Counted from the whole stretch's first letter, positions 23,463-36,356 are shown. The stretch: DNA of 63,566 bases, filler included, from Lama guanicoe (GCA_013239625.1; 143 parts of 143 records of this genome joined end to end with filler, not necessarily neighbours in it); one strand, 5' to 3'. The notes: generated by a model not told the origin, from the letters alone. Numbers and translations: made by a program.

Positions 23463-25787
23463 NNNNNNNNNNNNNNNNNNNNNNNNNNNNNNNNNNNNNN
23501 NNNNNNTTAATTAATTAANNNNNNNNNNNNNNNNNNNNNNNNNNNNNNNNNNNNNNNNNNNNAATCAGAATCACCTGTGTGTCATGATTCTATAACGTTC
23601 CAACATTCCTCCAACTGAATAAAATTCAGAAAAAGGATGAAGGTGTATGAGTCTTACGACAACCATCTGTGCTACAATTTGGTGTACAGACTCAGTCTAG
23701 AGAGCAAGCAGCGTGTCATGAGGTGGAGGATATTAAAAAGAGGTTACAACCCAGCCTCAGGGGCTGGAGCCTGGGTCCAGCAAGTTCCAGTTACATTCCT
23801 ACTGTGGACAAGCACTGCAGGGTGGAAGTAAACTGTGAGCCTCAGTTTCAGGCAAAGTTAGAAAACACCTCACGGACACAGAGTTGACAAAGATGTTGGG
23901 GAAGTGANNNNNNNNNNNNNNNNNNNNNNNNNNNNNNNNNNNNNNNNNNNNTTAATTAATTAANNNNNNNNNNNNNNNNNNNNNNNNNNNNNNNNNNNNN
24001 NNNNNNNTGAAGTTCAGCTAAGCAACCAAATGAATGGTGGTGCCATTCATTGGGATAAAAATAAACATTTTGGGGGGTCTAGAGAATATACATTTTATCT
24101 TATATCTGCTGTGTTTCTGATGCTTGGGGAACGTCCAGGCAGATAATGTACCCATGTACAAAAGGGCTGGCTTTCATATATGATGATGATAGATATTTCC
24201 ATAATGTTTCAGGTTATTTGCAGAATCATAAGTTCAAAGAAAGACAGCCCACACAAAATATTTCCTAGCAGATATTCTAGTTATTTCACTAAATACAATC
24301 CTCCATTTCTGCAGTAACCTAAGGAGGGCTTTATCTTCCTCCTTCCTTTCTTNNNNNNNNNNNNNNNNNNNNNNNNNNNNNNNNNNNNNNNNNNNNTTAA
24401 TTAATTAANNNNNNNNNNNNNNNNNNNNNNNNNNNNNNNNNNNNNNNNNNNNATGCTAAATATACATGTAGCTCTGCATACACTGCAAAGTATTACTGTT
24501 CAGCCAACTGCAGTTGGCTACTGATTCTGTTAGCATTATCCTCACGTGAAAAGGAATGAATCTGAGTACTTTTGAGTATCAGTCACTGGAGAAAATACTA
24601 TGTGCACACTCAGGTCATACAGATTCATGGGGCTGTGAGAAGGAATATACCTCTGTAAAAGTGGCAAAAGCCTTGACTGTATCAGCAAGTGTTAGAAGTA
24701 CTGATCGATCACCAGTGTATCAGTATTGTAACCAAGTAGGACCCTATTATCATTGGTGACCATCTGATATCTGTAATGGTGTTTGTAACTGCTTAACNNN
24801 NNNNNNNNNNNNNNNNNNNNNNNNNNNNNNNNNNNNNNNNNTTAATTAATTAANNNNNNNNNNNNNNNNNNNNNNNNNNNNNNNNNNNNNNNNNNNNGGG
24901 GTGGCCTCAGGACTTGTCCCTGGGTTTTGGGCGCATATTCTTTCATGTTCTGGCTGGTCCACATGGCCTCCAGTTCCTTGAATAGTAAAGGGTCTCCAGT
25001 CCTGGGACCTTCCAACCCTGACAGACTCCCAGGGACAGACGGGAACTCTGCGCATCCATCAGGAGAGCAGCTCTGACCTACCAACCCCCTCGGCTGGCCA
25101 TGCTCTCTGCACAGGGCGTCCTGTCTATTTCTCTGCGTCCTGTGGACATGCCCCTTAACTGTGCCATTTACAGATGAAGGAACTGAGGCCAGGTCCCCCC
25201 ATAGGGGAAGGAGGGCGGGTTACCTCTTGGGGAAGCATTCTCNNNNNNNNNNNNNNNNNNNNNNNNNNNNNNNNNNNNNNNNNNNNTTAATTAATTAANN
25301 NNNNNNNNNNNNNNNNNNNNNNNNNNNNNNNNNNNNNNNNNNGATGTAAATCCCTAACTCTACAAGAGAATTGAATGCCGATACGTTTTATGAAGGGTTG
25401 GGTGCAATGCCAGGGACCAAGTGAGGGTGTGCTACATGGAGCTGTGGTTACACCATGTGTCTCTCTTCTGGCTCCAGCCTCATCTACTTGTGCCTAATTC
25501 TCCCCTTTGTAGCCTGATGGGAATGGTTTTTCAGGGGCCCCAAGCTCTTTCTCACCTTAGGGCCAATTCATCTTAAACAGCTCTTCCCTTTAGGTCAGAA
25601 AGAGTCCTACAACCTTTCCATGGCTGACGTTAAACACACTTCTTCAGGAGCCACTCAGATGGCCCCCTTCACTTTTCCTTTGGTGCTNNNNNNNNNNNNN
25701 NNNNNNNNNNNNNNNNNNNNNNNNNNNNNNNTTAATTAATTAANNNNNNNNNNNNNNNNNNNNNNNNNNNNNNNNNNNNNNNNNNNN

Positions 25788-26120
25788 TGTGTTTCCTAGT
25801 GCCGGTTTGAAGTTCCTGCAGTATTCACTGTAAAACTGACTTGGATCTTGTACCTCCCCATATATATGTAAGGATTTGTTTGCAACTGAAGAGAAAATTT
25901 GTGTTCCCAACAACCTAGGTAAAGACATGCATAAATTTCAGAACTGAGCATGTGGAGAGACGTTGATTCATCTATCATAAACGGAACGGGTTGCAGGAGA
26001 AACATTCACTTTGGGATCTCAGTGTGTTTCCTAATGCGGCATAGAATTTTCTGCAGTTTGCACTGTAAAAACTATTTGGAGCTTGTACCTCCCCATATAT
26101 ATGTATGGAGTGGAGTTGGC
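25788..26120. repeat. Tandem satellite, ~235-bp unit (about 1.4 diverged copies visible)
   Basis: TGTGTTTCCTA at 25788 and 26023; CTGCAG at 25816 and 26051; CTTGTACCTCCCCATATATATGTA at 25847 and 26082. All are offset by 235 bp. Confidence 0.8.
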
Positions 26121-26220
26121 NNNNNNNNNNNNNNNNNNNNNNNNNNNNNNNNNNNNNNNNNNNNTTAATTAATTAANNNNNNNNNNNNNNNNNNNNNNNN
26201 NNNNNNNNNNNNNNNNNNNN

Positions 26221-26506
26221 GACCCTGACCCTAACCCTGACCCCTGACCCTGACCCTAACTCTAAACCCTAACCCTAACCCTTAACCCTAACCCTAACCC
26301 CTAACCCTGACCCCGACCCCGACCCCGACCCCGACCCCAACCCTAACCCTAACCCAACCCTAACCCTGACCCTGACCCTGACCCTAAAACCCTAACCCTA
26401 GGCCTAGCCCTAACCCTAACCGTAACTAACCCTGACCCTAACCCTGACCCTAACCCTAACCCAACCCTGACCCTAACCCTAGGCCTAGCCCTAGCCCTAA
26501 CCCTAG
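26221..26506 (-). repeat. Degenerate vertebrate telomeric array (TTAGGG)n on the minus strand with variant repeats
   Basis: Plus strand shows CCCTAA units interspersed with CCCTGA, CCCCGA, CCCCAA and CCCTAG, ending abruptly in unique sequence at 26507. Confidence 0.95.
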
Positions 26507-27110
26507 CAAGGAATTGTGGGAAAACCAACTCTGCTGCCATGTCCTGGCCAGGATAGGGAAATGAGNNNNNNNNNNNNNNNNNNNNNNNNNNNNNNNNNNN
26601 NNNNNNNNNTTAATTAATTAANNNNNNNNNNNNNNNNNNNNNNNNNNNNNNNNNNNNNNNNNNNNAAAAAAAAAAAAAGAAATTTCAACTTTCACGCTGT
26701 CTCCACCATCCAGCCAGATACAAATCCTCAAGGGACAAGCATTTCTGATTGTTCTGAGTTATTTTGCCCATTTGTTGACACAACACACAGAAAGATAAAA
26801 ACAAGTAATTTACAACAAATTAATATCTTTGGGGTCCCTTTTACACCTTGGGACTTATAAAAGCAAATTAAAGGAGCCACAATAGCATAGTATGTGTTAG
26901 CTTAAGTATTAATTTCCAATCCACTACATCAAATTTTTCATAATAAAACTTCTTGATTAATACAACCATTGTCTCATGTTTCTGAAGAGGAAAATAAGAA
27001 TCAGAAGGTTNNNNNNNNNNNNNNNNNNNNNNNNNNNNNNNNNNNNNNNNNNNNTTAATTAATTAANNNNNNNNNNNNNNNNNNNNNNNNNNNNNNNNNN
27101 NNNNNNNNNN

Positions 27111-27455
27111 TCTGGGTCTTTTGTGATTCCATATAAATTTTAGGATTATTTGTTGTATTCCTGTGAAAAATGTCATAGGTAATTTGATTGGCGCATTAAA
27201 TCTGTCGATTACCTTGTGCAGTATGGCCATTTTAATGATGTTGATTCTTCCAATCCAAGAGCATGGGATATCTTTCATTTTCTTTAAGTCATCTTTAATT
27301 TCCTTAATCATTTTTGTGTAGTTCTCCATGTATAAGTCTTTCACCCCATTGGTCAGATTTTGTCCAAGTATTGTATTGTTTTAGATGCGATTTTAAAAGG
27401 GATTGCTTCTTTACTTTCTTTTCCTGCTATTTCATTGTTAGTGTGAAGAAATGCA
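27111..27455 (-). mobile_element. Relatively young LINE-1 ORF2 fragment (C-terminal to the RT core)
   Basis: ORF track reads [37 protein letters not shown]...[13 protein letters not shown]...[12 protein letters not shown], clearly L1 ORF2p. Confidence 0.95.
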
Positions 27456-27555
27456 NNNNNNNNNNNNNNNNNNNNNNNNNNNNNNNNNNNNNNNNNNNNT
27501 TAATTAATTAANNNNNNNNNNNNNNNNNNNNNNNNNNNNNNNNNNNNNNNNNNNN

Positions 27556-27582
<27 letters not shown>
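27556..27582. repeat. (TG)n microsatellite at the contig edge
   Basis: About 13 TG units, truncated by the gap. Confidence 0.9.
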
Positions 27583-27590
<8 letters not shown>

Positions 27591-28559
27591 GGTTGCCGAT
27601 TTCTTAATTTCAAATGCATTTTCAGTACCCTGCATTTGTACTCTCATCCCCTCGTGGTTACTGTGTTTGGTATCATATTTCACATCTAATTATTTTGTGT
27701 GTCCCTCAACTGCTTATTGTGGATACAGGTGACTTTTCTATGCCTGTGTTTTAACCTTCCCACTAGTTTGTGTGTGGATGATTTTCTGCCTTTATTGTGT
27801 GTTTACCTTTACTGATGAGCTCTTCTACTTTATAATTCTCTTGTTTCTAGTTGTGGCCTTTCCTTTTCCACCTAGAGAAGTTCCTTTAGCATTTGNNNNN
27901 NNNNNNNNNNNNNNNNNNNNNNNNNNNNNNNNNNNNNNNTTAATTAATTAANNNNNNNNNNNNNNNNNNNNNNNNNNNNNNNNNNNNNNNNNNNNAAAAA
28001 AAAATCCAGAGACATATTAAGAATTCATATATGAGACATATTTTAATGCAATTTTCATAAATGAATTTAAATTCTAAACTCTTGTACATAGCACAGATGT
28101 AAGTTGTGTTAAAATCAACTATTTTTGTGACTACCATGTTTAAATTCTTTAGTACTTCTTTACTATTGAGGTCTCCGCCAAGTAGCGGCTTGTCATTAAA
28201 TGGGTATTTGCTACGGATCCACAAAAGGTAATGGGGAGCTGGATTCGCCTTGTTCATGATGACTAGATAAGGAAAGAGATCAACATAGAAACAGTCTGTG
28301 AAGTCCAGAGGACCACCTGTAAGTCCAGGTTTGGGCATTTNNNNNNNNNNNNNNNNNNNNNNNNNNNNNNNNNNNNNNNNNNNNTTAATTAATTAANNNN
28401 NNNNNNNNNNNNNNNNNNNNNNNNNNNNNNNNNNNNNNNNAGAAGAGTAAGGATGAGGAAGTACACTGGGGACACAGGGCTCCGAGGAATGTGGGAAAGG
28501 AAAGGTCCTGAAAGGGTGGGTCTGGAAGCTGTGAGTTGAAGAGGGTTCCGGGTGGTGAG

Positions 28560-28785
<226 letters not shown>

Positions 28786-29330
28786 NNNNNNNNNNNNNNN
28801 NNNNNNNNNNNNNNNNNNNNNNNNNNNNNTTAATTAATTAANNNNNNNNNNNNNNNNNNNNNNNNNNNNNNNNNNNNNNNNNNNNATCAGCAAAGAAGTG
28901 CTTGTCCTCATGCACAGTGTTGTTCTGTCCCCAGGACCATGAATGATTTTCTTATTTGACTTCAACTTCCAGTGCCTCATTAATATAATAGCGTCTTGAT
29001 GCCTGGTTGATAATAAATTCCAGCTCTGTTGGATTTACTTTTGAATTTTTAAATAAAAGATTAAAATAAGTGAAACTGAATCTGATTAGAACAGATTTTT
29101 ACCTACATGCAATAAACAGTTTTGGTGTTTGGATTCACATCCTCAAAAGTACAGAATAATTGTTTTTTAAGGTCTGTTTTATAGTTTTTAAAGTGTGAGT
29201 CCCTTGAAATTGAACATTAATCCTAGTGTTNNNNNNNNNNNNNNNNNNNNNNNNNNNNNNNNNNNNNNNNNNNNTTAATTAATTAANNNNNNNNNNNNNN
29301 NNNNNNNNNNNNNNNNNNNNNNNNNNNNNN

Positions 29331-29675
29331 GTTCTACAGGAAATGTCATGGATATTTTGATATAGATTGCATTAAATCTGTAGATTGGTTTAGGTAGTAT
29401 GGATATTTAAAAAACATCAACTTTTCTAATGCAAGAGCAGGGGATAGCTTTCCTTTTCTTTGTATCATTTTCAAATTCTTTCATCAGTGTTTTATCATTT
29501 TCAGAGTATTTCACCACCATGGTTAAGTTTATTCTTAGGTATTTTATTATTTTTCAATGTGATTATAAATGAGATTATTTCCTTAGTTTCTCTTTCTGAT
29601 GGTTCATTATTAGTGTATGGAAAAGTAACAGATTTCTGTATATTAATCTTATATCCTGCAACTTTACTGAATTCA
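29331..29675 (-). mobile_element. LINE-1 ORF2 fossil
   Basis: GATTGCATTAAATCTGTAGATTG.TTTAGGTAGTATGG...GATTTCTGTATATTAAT.TT.TATCCTGCAACTTTACTGAATTCA. Same region as 27111-27455 but more diverged. Confidence 0.9.
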
Positions 29676-32600
29676 NNNNNNNNNNNNNNNNNNNNNNNNN
29701 NNNNNNNNNNNNNNNNNNNTTAATTAATTAANNNNNNNNNNNNNNNNNNNNNNNNNNNNNNNNNNNNNNNNNNNNCGAGGGAGGGTCCACTACTAGCATC
29801 AGAGATGAGCGGTTTGGTGCCCCACCCTGGGAGCTGTTGGTCCCACACACACACAGGGCACTCTGATGTGTCCTGACTCAGACGTAGCTGGACTCTGTGT
29901 CCCTGGGGATGCCCTGGCCCATCAGGGATTCTGTCCCCAGGACACTTGCCCCCAGCATCCAGGAAGTTCTACTCAATTTCTGATAATCAGATAAAATGTT
30001 GCCCCCAAGGACAGGTTAAGGGACAGGTTTTCAGTTGCAGACACATTTTCTAGTCTCAGTTGCTGGTGTAAGTCTCAGACCAGGTTTTCAGCCACACAAA
30101 TTACAGAAGCAGCTGGCTTGNNNNNNNNNNNNNNNNNNNNNNNNNNNNNNNNNNNNNNNNNNNNTTAATTAATTAANNNNNNNNNNNNNNNNNNNNNNNN
30201 NNNNNNNNNNNNNNNNNNNNAAAAAAAAAACCAAAAAAAAAAAAAAATAGAAGTGACCCAAGAACAATTTTAAAAACTTGAATAGGTCAATATTGATAGG
30301 AAAAAAGAATCTGCTCCAATAAAGAATTTGCCAGATAGTTTTACAGACAATTTTTTAAGATCCTAAAGAAACAGAAATTCCTTTGCACCATTTACATTCT
30401 GATCTCAGAACACCAAAAACTGGAAGTCTGCCAGATCAATTGTGTGAAAGTCGCAGTTCTCTGCTATCAACCCTGACAAAGATGCACAAAGAAAATGATA
30501 GAAAAAACCTCCCGTATGAGGATGGGTCTGAGTTGAGCCCGGACAGAAAGTGAAAGAAAGAAGAANNNNNNNNNNNNNNNNNNNNNNNNNNNNNNNNNNN
30601 NNNNNNNNNTTAATTAATTAANNNNNNNNNNNNNNNNNNNNNNNNNNNNNNNNNNNNNNNNNNNNAGGGGAGACTGTTCAAGAGAGCAGAGGTGCTATTT
30701 CTCCTCAGAAAGCACAACCTCGCAGGGTCTCAGAAAGCTCACAGCACAATCACGTTACACAATGAGGACAATTCGACTTGTTGCCATGAAAAAGGAAAAT
30801 CAGAAATGGGAAAAGTCAAGAGTACATTGTGTTTTCTCTGAGGTGGCCACGCCCACCTGATTTCATTATTTAACATTTCTGTTGCATTTTGTGCACACAA
30901 AGTATTTAATAGTCATGATTAAGTGTAGGGAGTAGTTTCTAAGCTTTTTTATATTTAGTTATGCCTCTAAGACACCAAAAATAAAATGAATTTCACTAGG
31001 AAGTATCCCANNNNNNNNNNNNNNNNNNNNNNNNNNNNNNNNNNNNNNNNNNNNTTAATTAATTAANNNNNNNNNNNNNNNNNNNNNNNNNNNNNNNNNN
31101 NNNNNNNNNNAAAAAAAAATGAATAAAGGAGCTGGTTTACTTTTCCAATTGGACATTGTACTCAGAGTATAATTCCACATGATGACACAGTGTAGGGGGT
31201 AACGTAGCCACCAAAGACACTAATCCCCTTCACAAAGAAGTAAGTCACTGAACTATCACAAGGATTCTTGGTTGTCATTCAGAATGTTCAGCTTTTCCCA
31301 ATTCACTGATTGTTGATTGGGGTGATGAAGTTCAAGTGAAATTCAGATTGTTAAACCCTAAGTATTTTGGCACAAAATGACATAATAGAGGCTTAAGCAC
31401 TGACCAGTGGACAGCTCCAGTATGATTATGCCCAGTTTATATGCTATTTCAAACCNNNNNNNNNNNNNNNNNNNNNNNNNNNNNNNNNNNNNNNNNNNNT
31501 TAATTAATTAANNNNNNNNNNNNNNNNNNNNNNNNNNNNNNNNNNNNNNNNNNNNGGGTCTTCGCCTGCTGCCCCATGCTCTCCTGCAGGGTCAGGGGGT
31601 GTACGTGGGGCTCAGTCCATGACTTATGATGGAGGCTGGCCCTGGGGGCTGTGACTTCAGAGCAGATGTCCCCCCACTTTGGGTTCTCTTTCCACCTCCA
31701 GACCCTCCCCTGTCCCCCATGTGATCCAGCAGCATCTGCACCAGCTCTCGCACACAGGATTTGAGGCACTCTCCATCTAGCCTCGTGCGGGATGACTGGC
31801 CCTGGTCCTTGTCAGAGAGTGAGAGGAAATGGCTGGGACAGAAAGCAGGAAGCAGGGCTTAGCAGAGCCCACCTGCCAGCAGGAGGCCTGCAAATGCCTC
31901 NNNNNNNNNNNNNNNNNNNNNNNNNNNNNNNNNNNNNNNNNNNNTTAATTAATTAANNNNNNNNNNNNNNNNNNNNNNNNNNNNNNNNNNNNNNNNNNNN
32001 GCTTTGTGAGAAAAGCGAGCCGGCGGCTCCTTTCAAGGAGACAGACGTGTCCACAGATGGTGCTGCGTGGGCTTGGTGTGGTTGGTCCTCTTGCTTTGGC
32101 TTTTGATGATGATCAAAGTCTCATTACTGTAAACTAATTGGAGGCATTGTAGATGCTGGGTTTTGATTATAAAATGAAAGAATTTAAGTACTTTTAATTA
32201 CAGATATTAATTGAAACTTTACTGGGCTAACAGTCATGACCCATAGGCCTCTTACGATTATGACCAGGTATGAGTAATGGTACCAGAAGATTAAGTCTGC
32301 CTGGACTCTTGCTGGATTCCACTTTCACTGCAGTAAGCGGGTGTTNNNNNNNNNNNNNNNNNNNNNNNNNNNNNNNNNNNNNNNNNNNNTTAATTAATTA
32401 ANNNNNNNNNNNNNNNNNNNNNNNNNNNNNNNNNNNNNNNNNNNNGATTTACACGTGCATACAAACCTCAAAAAGTGAACACAGAAAACATTGTGTAAAG
32501 GAGTATTTTGTCCTTCGAGGGCATGAGAGACAAAACCTATTACTGGTGAATTCTTCACATATTTAAAGAATAGATAATTTTTGTGCTAACAAATTTGTTT

Positions 32601-35600
32601 TAACACTTGCCAGAAGATAGAAAACATTCATTTATGATTCAGAAAACTTGACAAAGCATGAAAAAGGAAATAAAGTCCCAACCTAGCTGTCCGGGCTGCT
32701 TGGACACTTGTCACTTCCCTTCCTCTGCTGGGGATTTTTCTTGTGAGTTGAATTTCCAGCTTCCCAAGGAGCCTGAGGAGCAGAAGAGCTNNNNNNNNNN
32801 NNNNNNNNNNNNNNNNNNNNNNNNNNNNNNNNNNTTAATTAATTAANNNNNNNNNNNNNNNNNNNNNNNNNNNNNNNNNNNNNNNNNNNNAGCAAAGCGA
32901 TAGGCTGCTCCCTGGGGCTCAGTTAAGAAATCTTGGTAAGTTTATTGATGAGGACCTGGGAGTTTGGAAACAATAGGTCATGGGGATATTGAGAAGAGAA
33001 GAAAGCACTGGGTTGGGAGTAATCACTTTACATACAGAGCAGGAGCTAATGAAGTGGCCATTTTCAGGATTATTATGGTGGAGTCAAGTCTTTACTGCCG
33101 GTTAAAGTTTCCTTCATTGTTAGGTGCATTAGAAATAAGTGCCCTACTGCCCTGCAATACTGTTGTTAATTATGCCAGACATTGGTGATATTTGAGATAA
33201 AATAACCCTTAGATTTCCATTTCACCTTTATCATTNNNNNNNNNNNNNNNNNNNNNNNNNNNNNNNNNNNNNNNNNNNNTTAATTAATTAANNNNNNNNN
33301 NNNNNNNNNNNNNNNNNNNNNNNNNNNNNNNNNNNTACACCAGAAACTAATACACTGTAAATCAACTATATATTAATAAAAAATAAAATTTTTTTAATTT
33401 TTAAAAAGTAAAAAGATAAATTTAAAATTAAAAAAATTGTAGCATTCTTGGATGTATCTGATAAGAGACAAGAAAAAAGCAGATACGTACGTGTGTGTAT
33501 GTAATATGTTTATGTGTATGTGTGTGTATAAATACTCATCAAGAAGTGGGATATATGTGCCAACAATACCACCCTAAAAGCATTTGTTGGGGAGCACATG
33601 ACTACCCTGAATGGTGCAGAAATCAGTTCCACTGTCTGAGATGGCAGTGAGGGGAGCTCTGAAATATTTCAAAATGAACCANNNNNNNNNNNNNNNNNNN
33701 NNNNNNNNNNNNNNNNNNNNNNNNNTTAATTAATTAANNNNNNNNNNNNNNNNNNNNNNNNNNNNNNNNNNNNNNNNNNNNCTTCTGGTATAGTGGTTAA
33801 TTTTACATAAAGAATTTCTAATTCAATCTTTCAAACATCCTAATATGTCTCGACTAGGATCAGATTCCGCTTCACACGACAGAACCAAATCTCCTCCCGA
33901 CCAAAACGAACAATGCCTTGAAAAGATCGCTCATGTCTCTTTTGTGTAAGAAGGTGCCCAGATTTGGTCGTCTGGGGCTGGCTCAGCCACACCATTATCA
34001 CCAGAGAGCCCAGACATTATTTCTCTACTCAACTCTAGCAGATGGCTTCCATCCTCAAGAATTTTAAGATGGTTTTACAATGGCTACTGAGTCTCCAAAC
34101 GTCTGGTGTGTTGCACGTTAAAAAGAGNNNNNNNNNNNNNNNNNNNNNNNNNNNNNNNNNNNNNNNNNNNNTTAATTAATTAANNNNNNNNNNNNNNNNN
34201 NNNNNNNNNNNNNNNNNNNNNNNNNNNCAGAATCTTTTACTTCCCAAGAAAGGGTAGTCAAATGAAACACATGCTCAGTTATGACATATGAGACTCTAAA
34301 GAGTCAGAAATATTTGGAACATGTCCATTGATTTAGAAAAATCCATACTGGTGTTAACAGAGAAATGTTAGACTTCATTTCATCTACACAATCGTATCCC
34401 GATTTTTCTTTCATACACTTCCATTTTTGTCTGAGAATTTTTGCAGTGCTCTCAGATTTTACAAAAGTCTATATAAAGAGCATAATACTGGAATTTTAAA
34501 ATATTTCAGTGATAATGTCATCCACTGCATTTTATAAAATTTATGTAGGAAGTCAGTAAAACTAAGTGGAACCNNNNNNNNNNNNNNNNNNNNNNNNNNN
34601 NNNNNNNNNNNNNNNNNTTAATTAATTAANNNNNNNNNNNNNNNNNNNNNNNNNNNNNNNNNNNNNNNNNNNNTCCTGCATCCCCTCTGGCTGGGTTTGT
34701 AGATCCTTCCCTGAAAGATGGGATTGGGGAGGGGTGAGTTCAGAGAGGCCACAGAGGCCCAGGATGGTAGTGACCCCCATGGCCACCATGGGGCTTGCAG
34801 GCAGGCCCAGAGCTCATGGGGCCATGCCAGTCTGTCCAGATGGGCACAGGTGAGGCTGCTGTTGCCTGTGGCCCTGGCTGGGGCTTCCCACTGTTTCCAC
34901 CCAGGCCTAGGTGGGAGAGGGCATACCGGGCCCCTGACTTCCTGTCACCCTTTGAAATGTGAGGGCTTAGCTTCTCTGTTTCATTCAACAGGAAGTGGTC
35001 AGAGTAGTTGAAATCCCTNNNNNNNNNNNNNNNNNNNNNNNNNNNNNNNNNNNNNNNNNNNNTTAATTAATTAANNNNNNNNNNNNNNNNNNNNNNNNNN
35101 NNNNNNNNNNNNNNNNNNTTTTATTAAGGCAGAGGGAGAACAGGAAGGTGGCACCCACCACCAGCCTCAGTCCCTGGGGAGTATCCCAGCAGCCCCTGCC
35201 CCAGGCCAGTGCTTCAAAATTAGGAAATGAGTCTCTTTCACATAAAGTCTGGGTGCTGTTCAATGGGCTGCTTCTGCACTTAGCCCTGAGACCAAGAGCA
35301 GAAGCCCTTTAAGGGTGGTTCCTGAATTCACCACAGCCCAGTGGGTCTCACAGGCATGTGACCTGAGTGTCTTCCAAGTCAGGTGTTTTGGGGGTTTCTC
35401 TCTCATTTGTTAGTCTTCAAAGTTTGAGTCCCCATGCTGGGGTACAAACCATTCACACCTCAGGNNNNNNNNNNNNNNNNNNNNNNNNNNNNNNNNNNNN
35501 NNNNNNNNTTAATTAATTAANNNNNNNNNNNNNNNNNNNNNNNNNNNNNNNNNNNNNNNNNNNNCCCTAGTTCCTGCACTGTTTGTGGGGCAACTGTAGT

Positions 35601-36010
35601 TCACTGACTCCTAGTCAGTTTGGAGCTGAGAGTCCACAGACAAATAACTGGCACAAGTTTGACTACAAATGATCAGGATTTGGGTTCCTTCCACTCTCCC
35701 GAGCTCTACACACACACATACTTCTCCCATCATCTCAAAAAGATTATAGCTCCATTAATTTTGTTAAAATAACATTCAATTTTTATATTATTAAGATGGA
35801 ATAAATATTGATGTTAAAGTCATTGGTGGCACTGTGGTTACCTTTCCTTTAAGATGCTATTTTATTGCTTTTGAAAGAAAAAAAAATCTGGTCTGAAACT
35901 AGAATTAATCNNNNNNNNNNNNNNNNNNNNNNNNNNNNNNNNNNNNNNNNNNNNTTAATTAATTAANNNNNNNNNNNNNNNNNNNNNNNNNNNNNNNNNN
36001 NNNNNNNNNN

Positions 36011-36105
36011 GAGGCTCCAGGGAGAATTGTCACCTTGCCTCTTCCAGCTTCCAGAGGATTCCTGCATTCCTCGGCTGGTGGCTCATTCCTCCACCTCAAA
36101 GCCAG
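36011..36105 (-). mobile_element. MaLR (MLT1-type) LTR fragment
   Basis: GAGGCTCCAGGGAGAAT...CCTTGCCTCTTCCAGCTTCCAGAGG..CCTGCATTCCTCGGCT.GTGGC. Confidence 0.75.
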
Positions 36106-36356
36106 AGAAGAGGACAAGCCAAAGTGGCTACTTTGGCATAAGGAGTATTTTGAGCTGAAGGCACCCGAGATCAGCAGACACAAGAGGAATGCCCTCCTCC
36201 AGCTGCCTGAAAGCAGGACATACATTTCTCTCTGTAAGAGTGGACCAGGGACGGCACTGAGATGCGCCTGCATAACACCCTTCCTAAACATTCTTCACCT
36301 ACCCTACCTTCCTGGTCACCTTCCCACAGTTTACTTTCCAAGGAACTCAACCCCCC
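36106..36356 (+). mobile_element. ERV1 LTR (MER34/MER39-like) 5' part, apparently inserted into the MLT1 LTR
   Basis: CTTTGGCATAAGGA.TATTTTGAGCTGAAGGCA...CTGCCTGAAAGCAGGACATA. Confidence 0.6.

Noticed and set aside
26349..26540. Arg/Val- and Gly/Leu-rich ORF (RVRVRV..GLGLG)
   Set aside because: This is simply the translation of (TTAGGG)n variants. There is no evidence of expression here.
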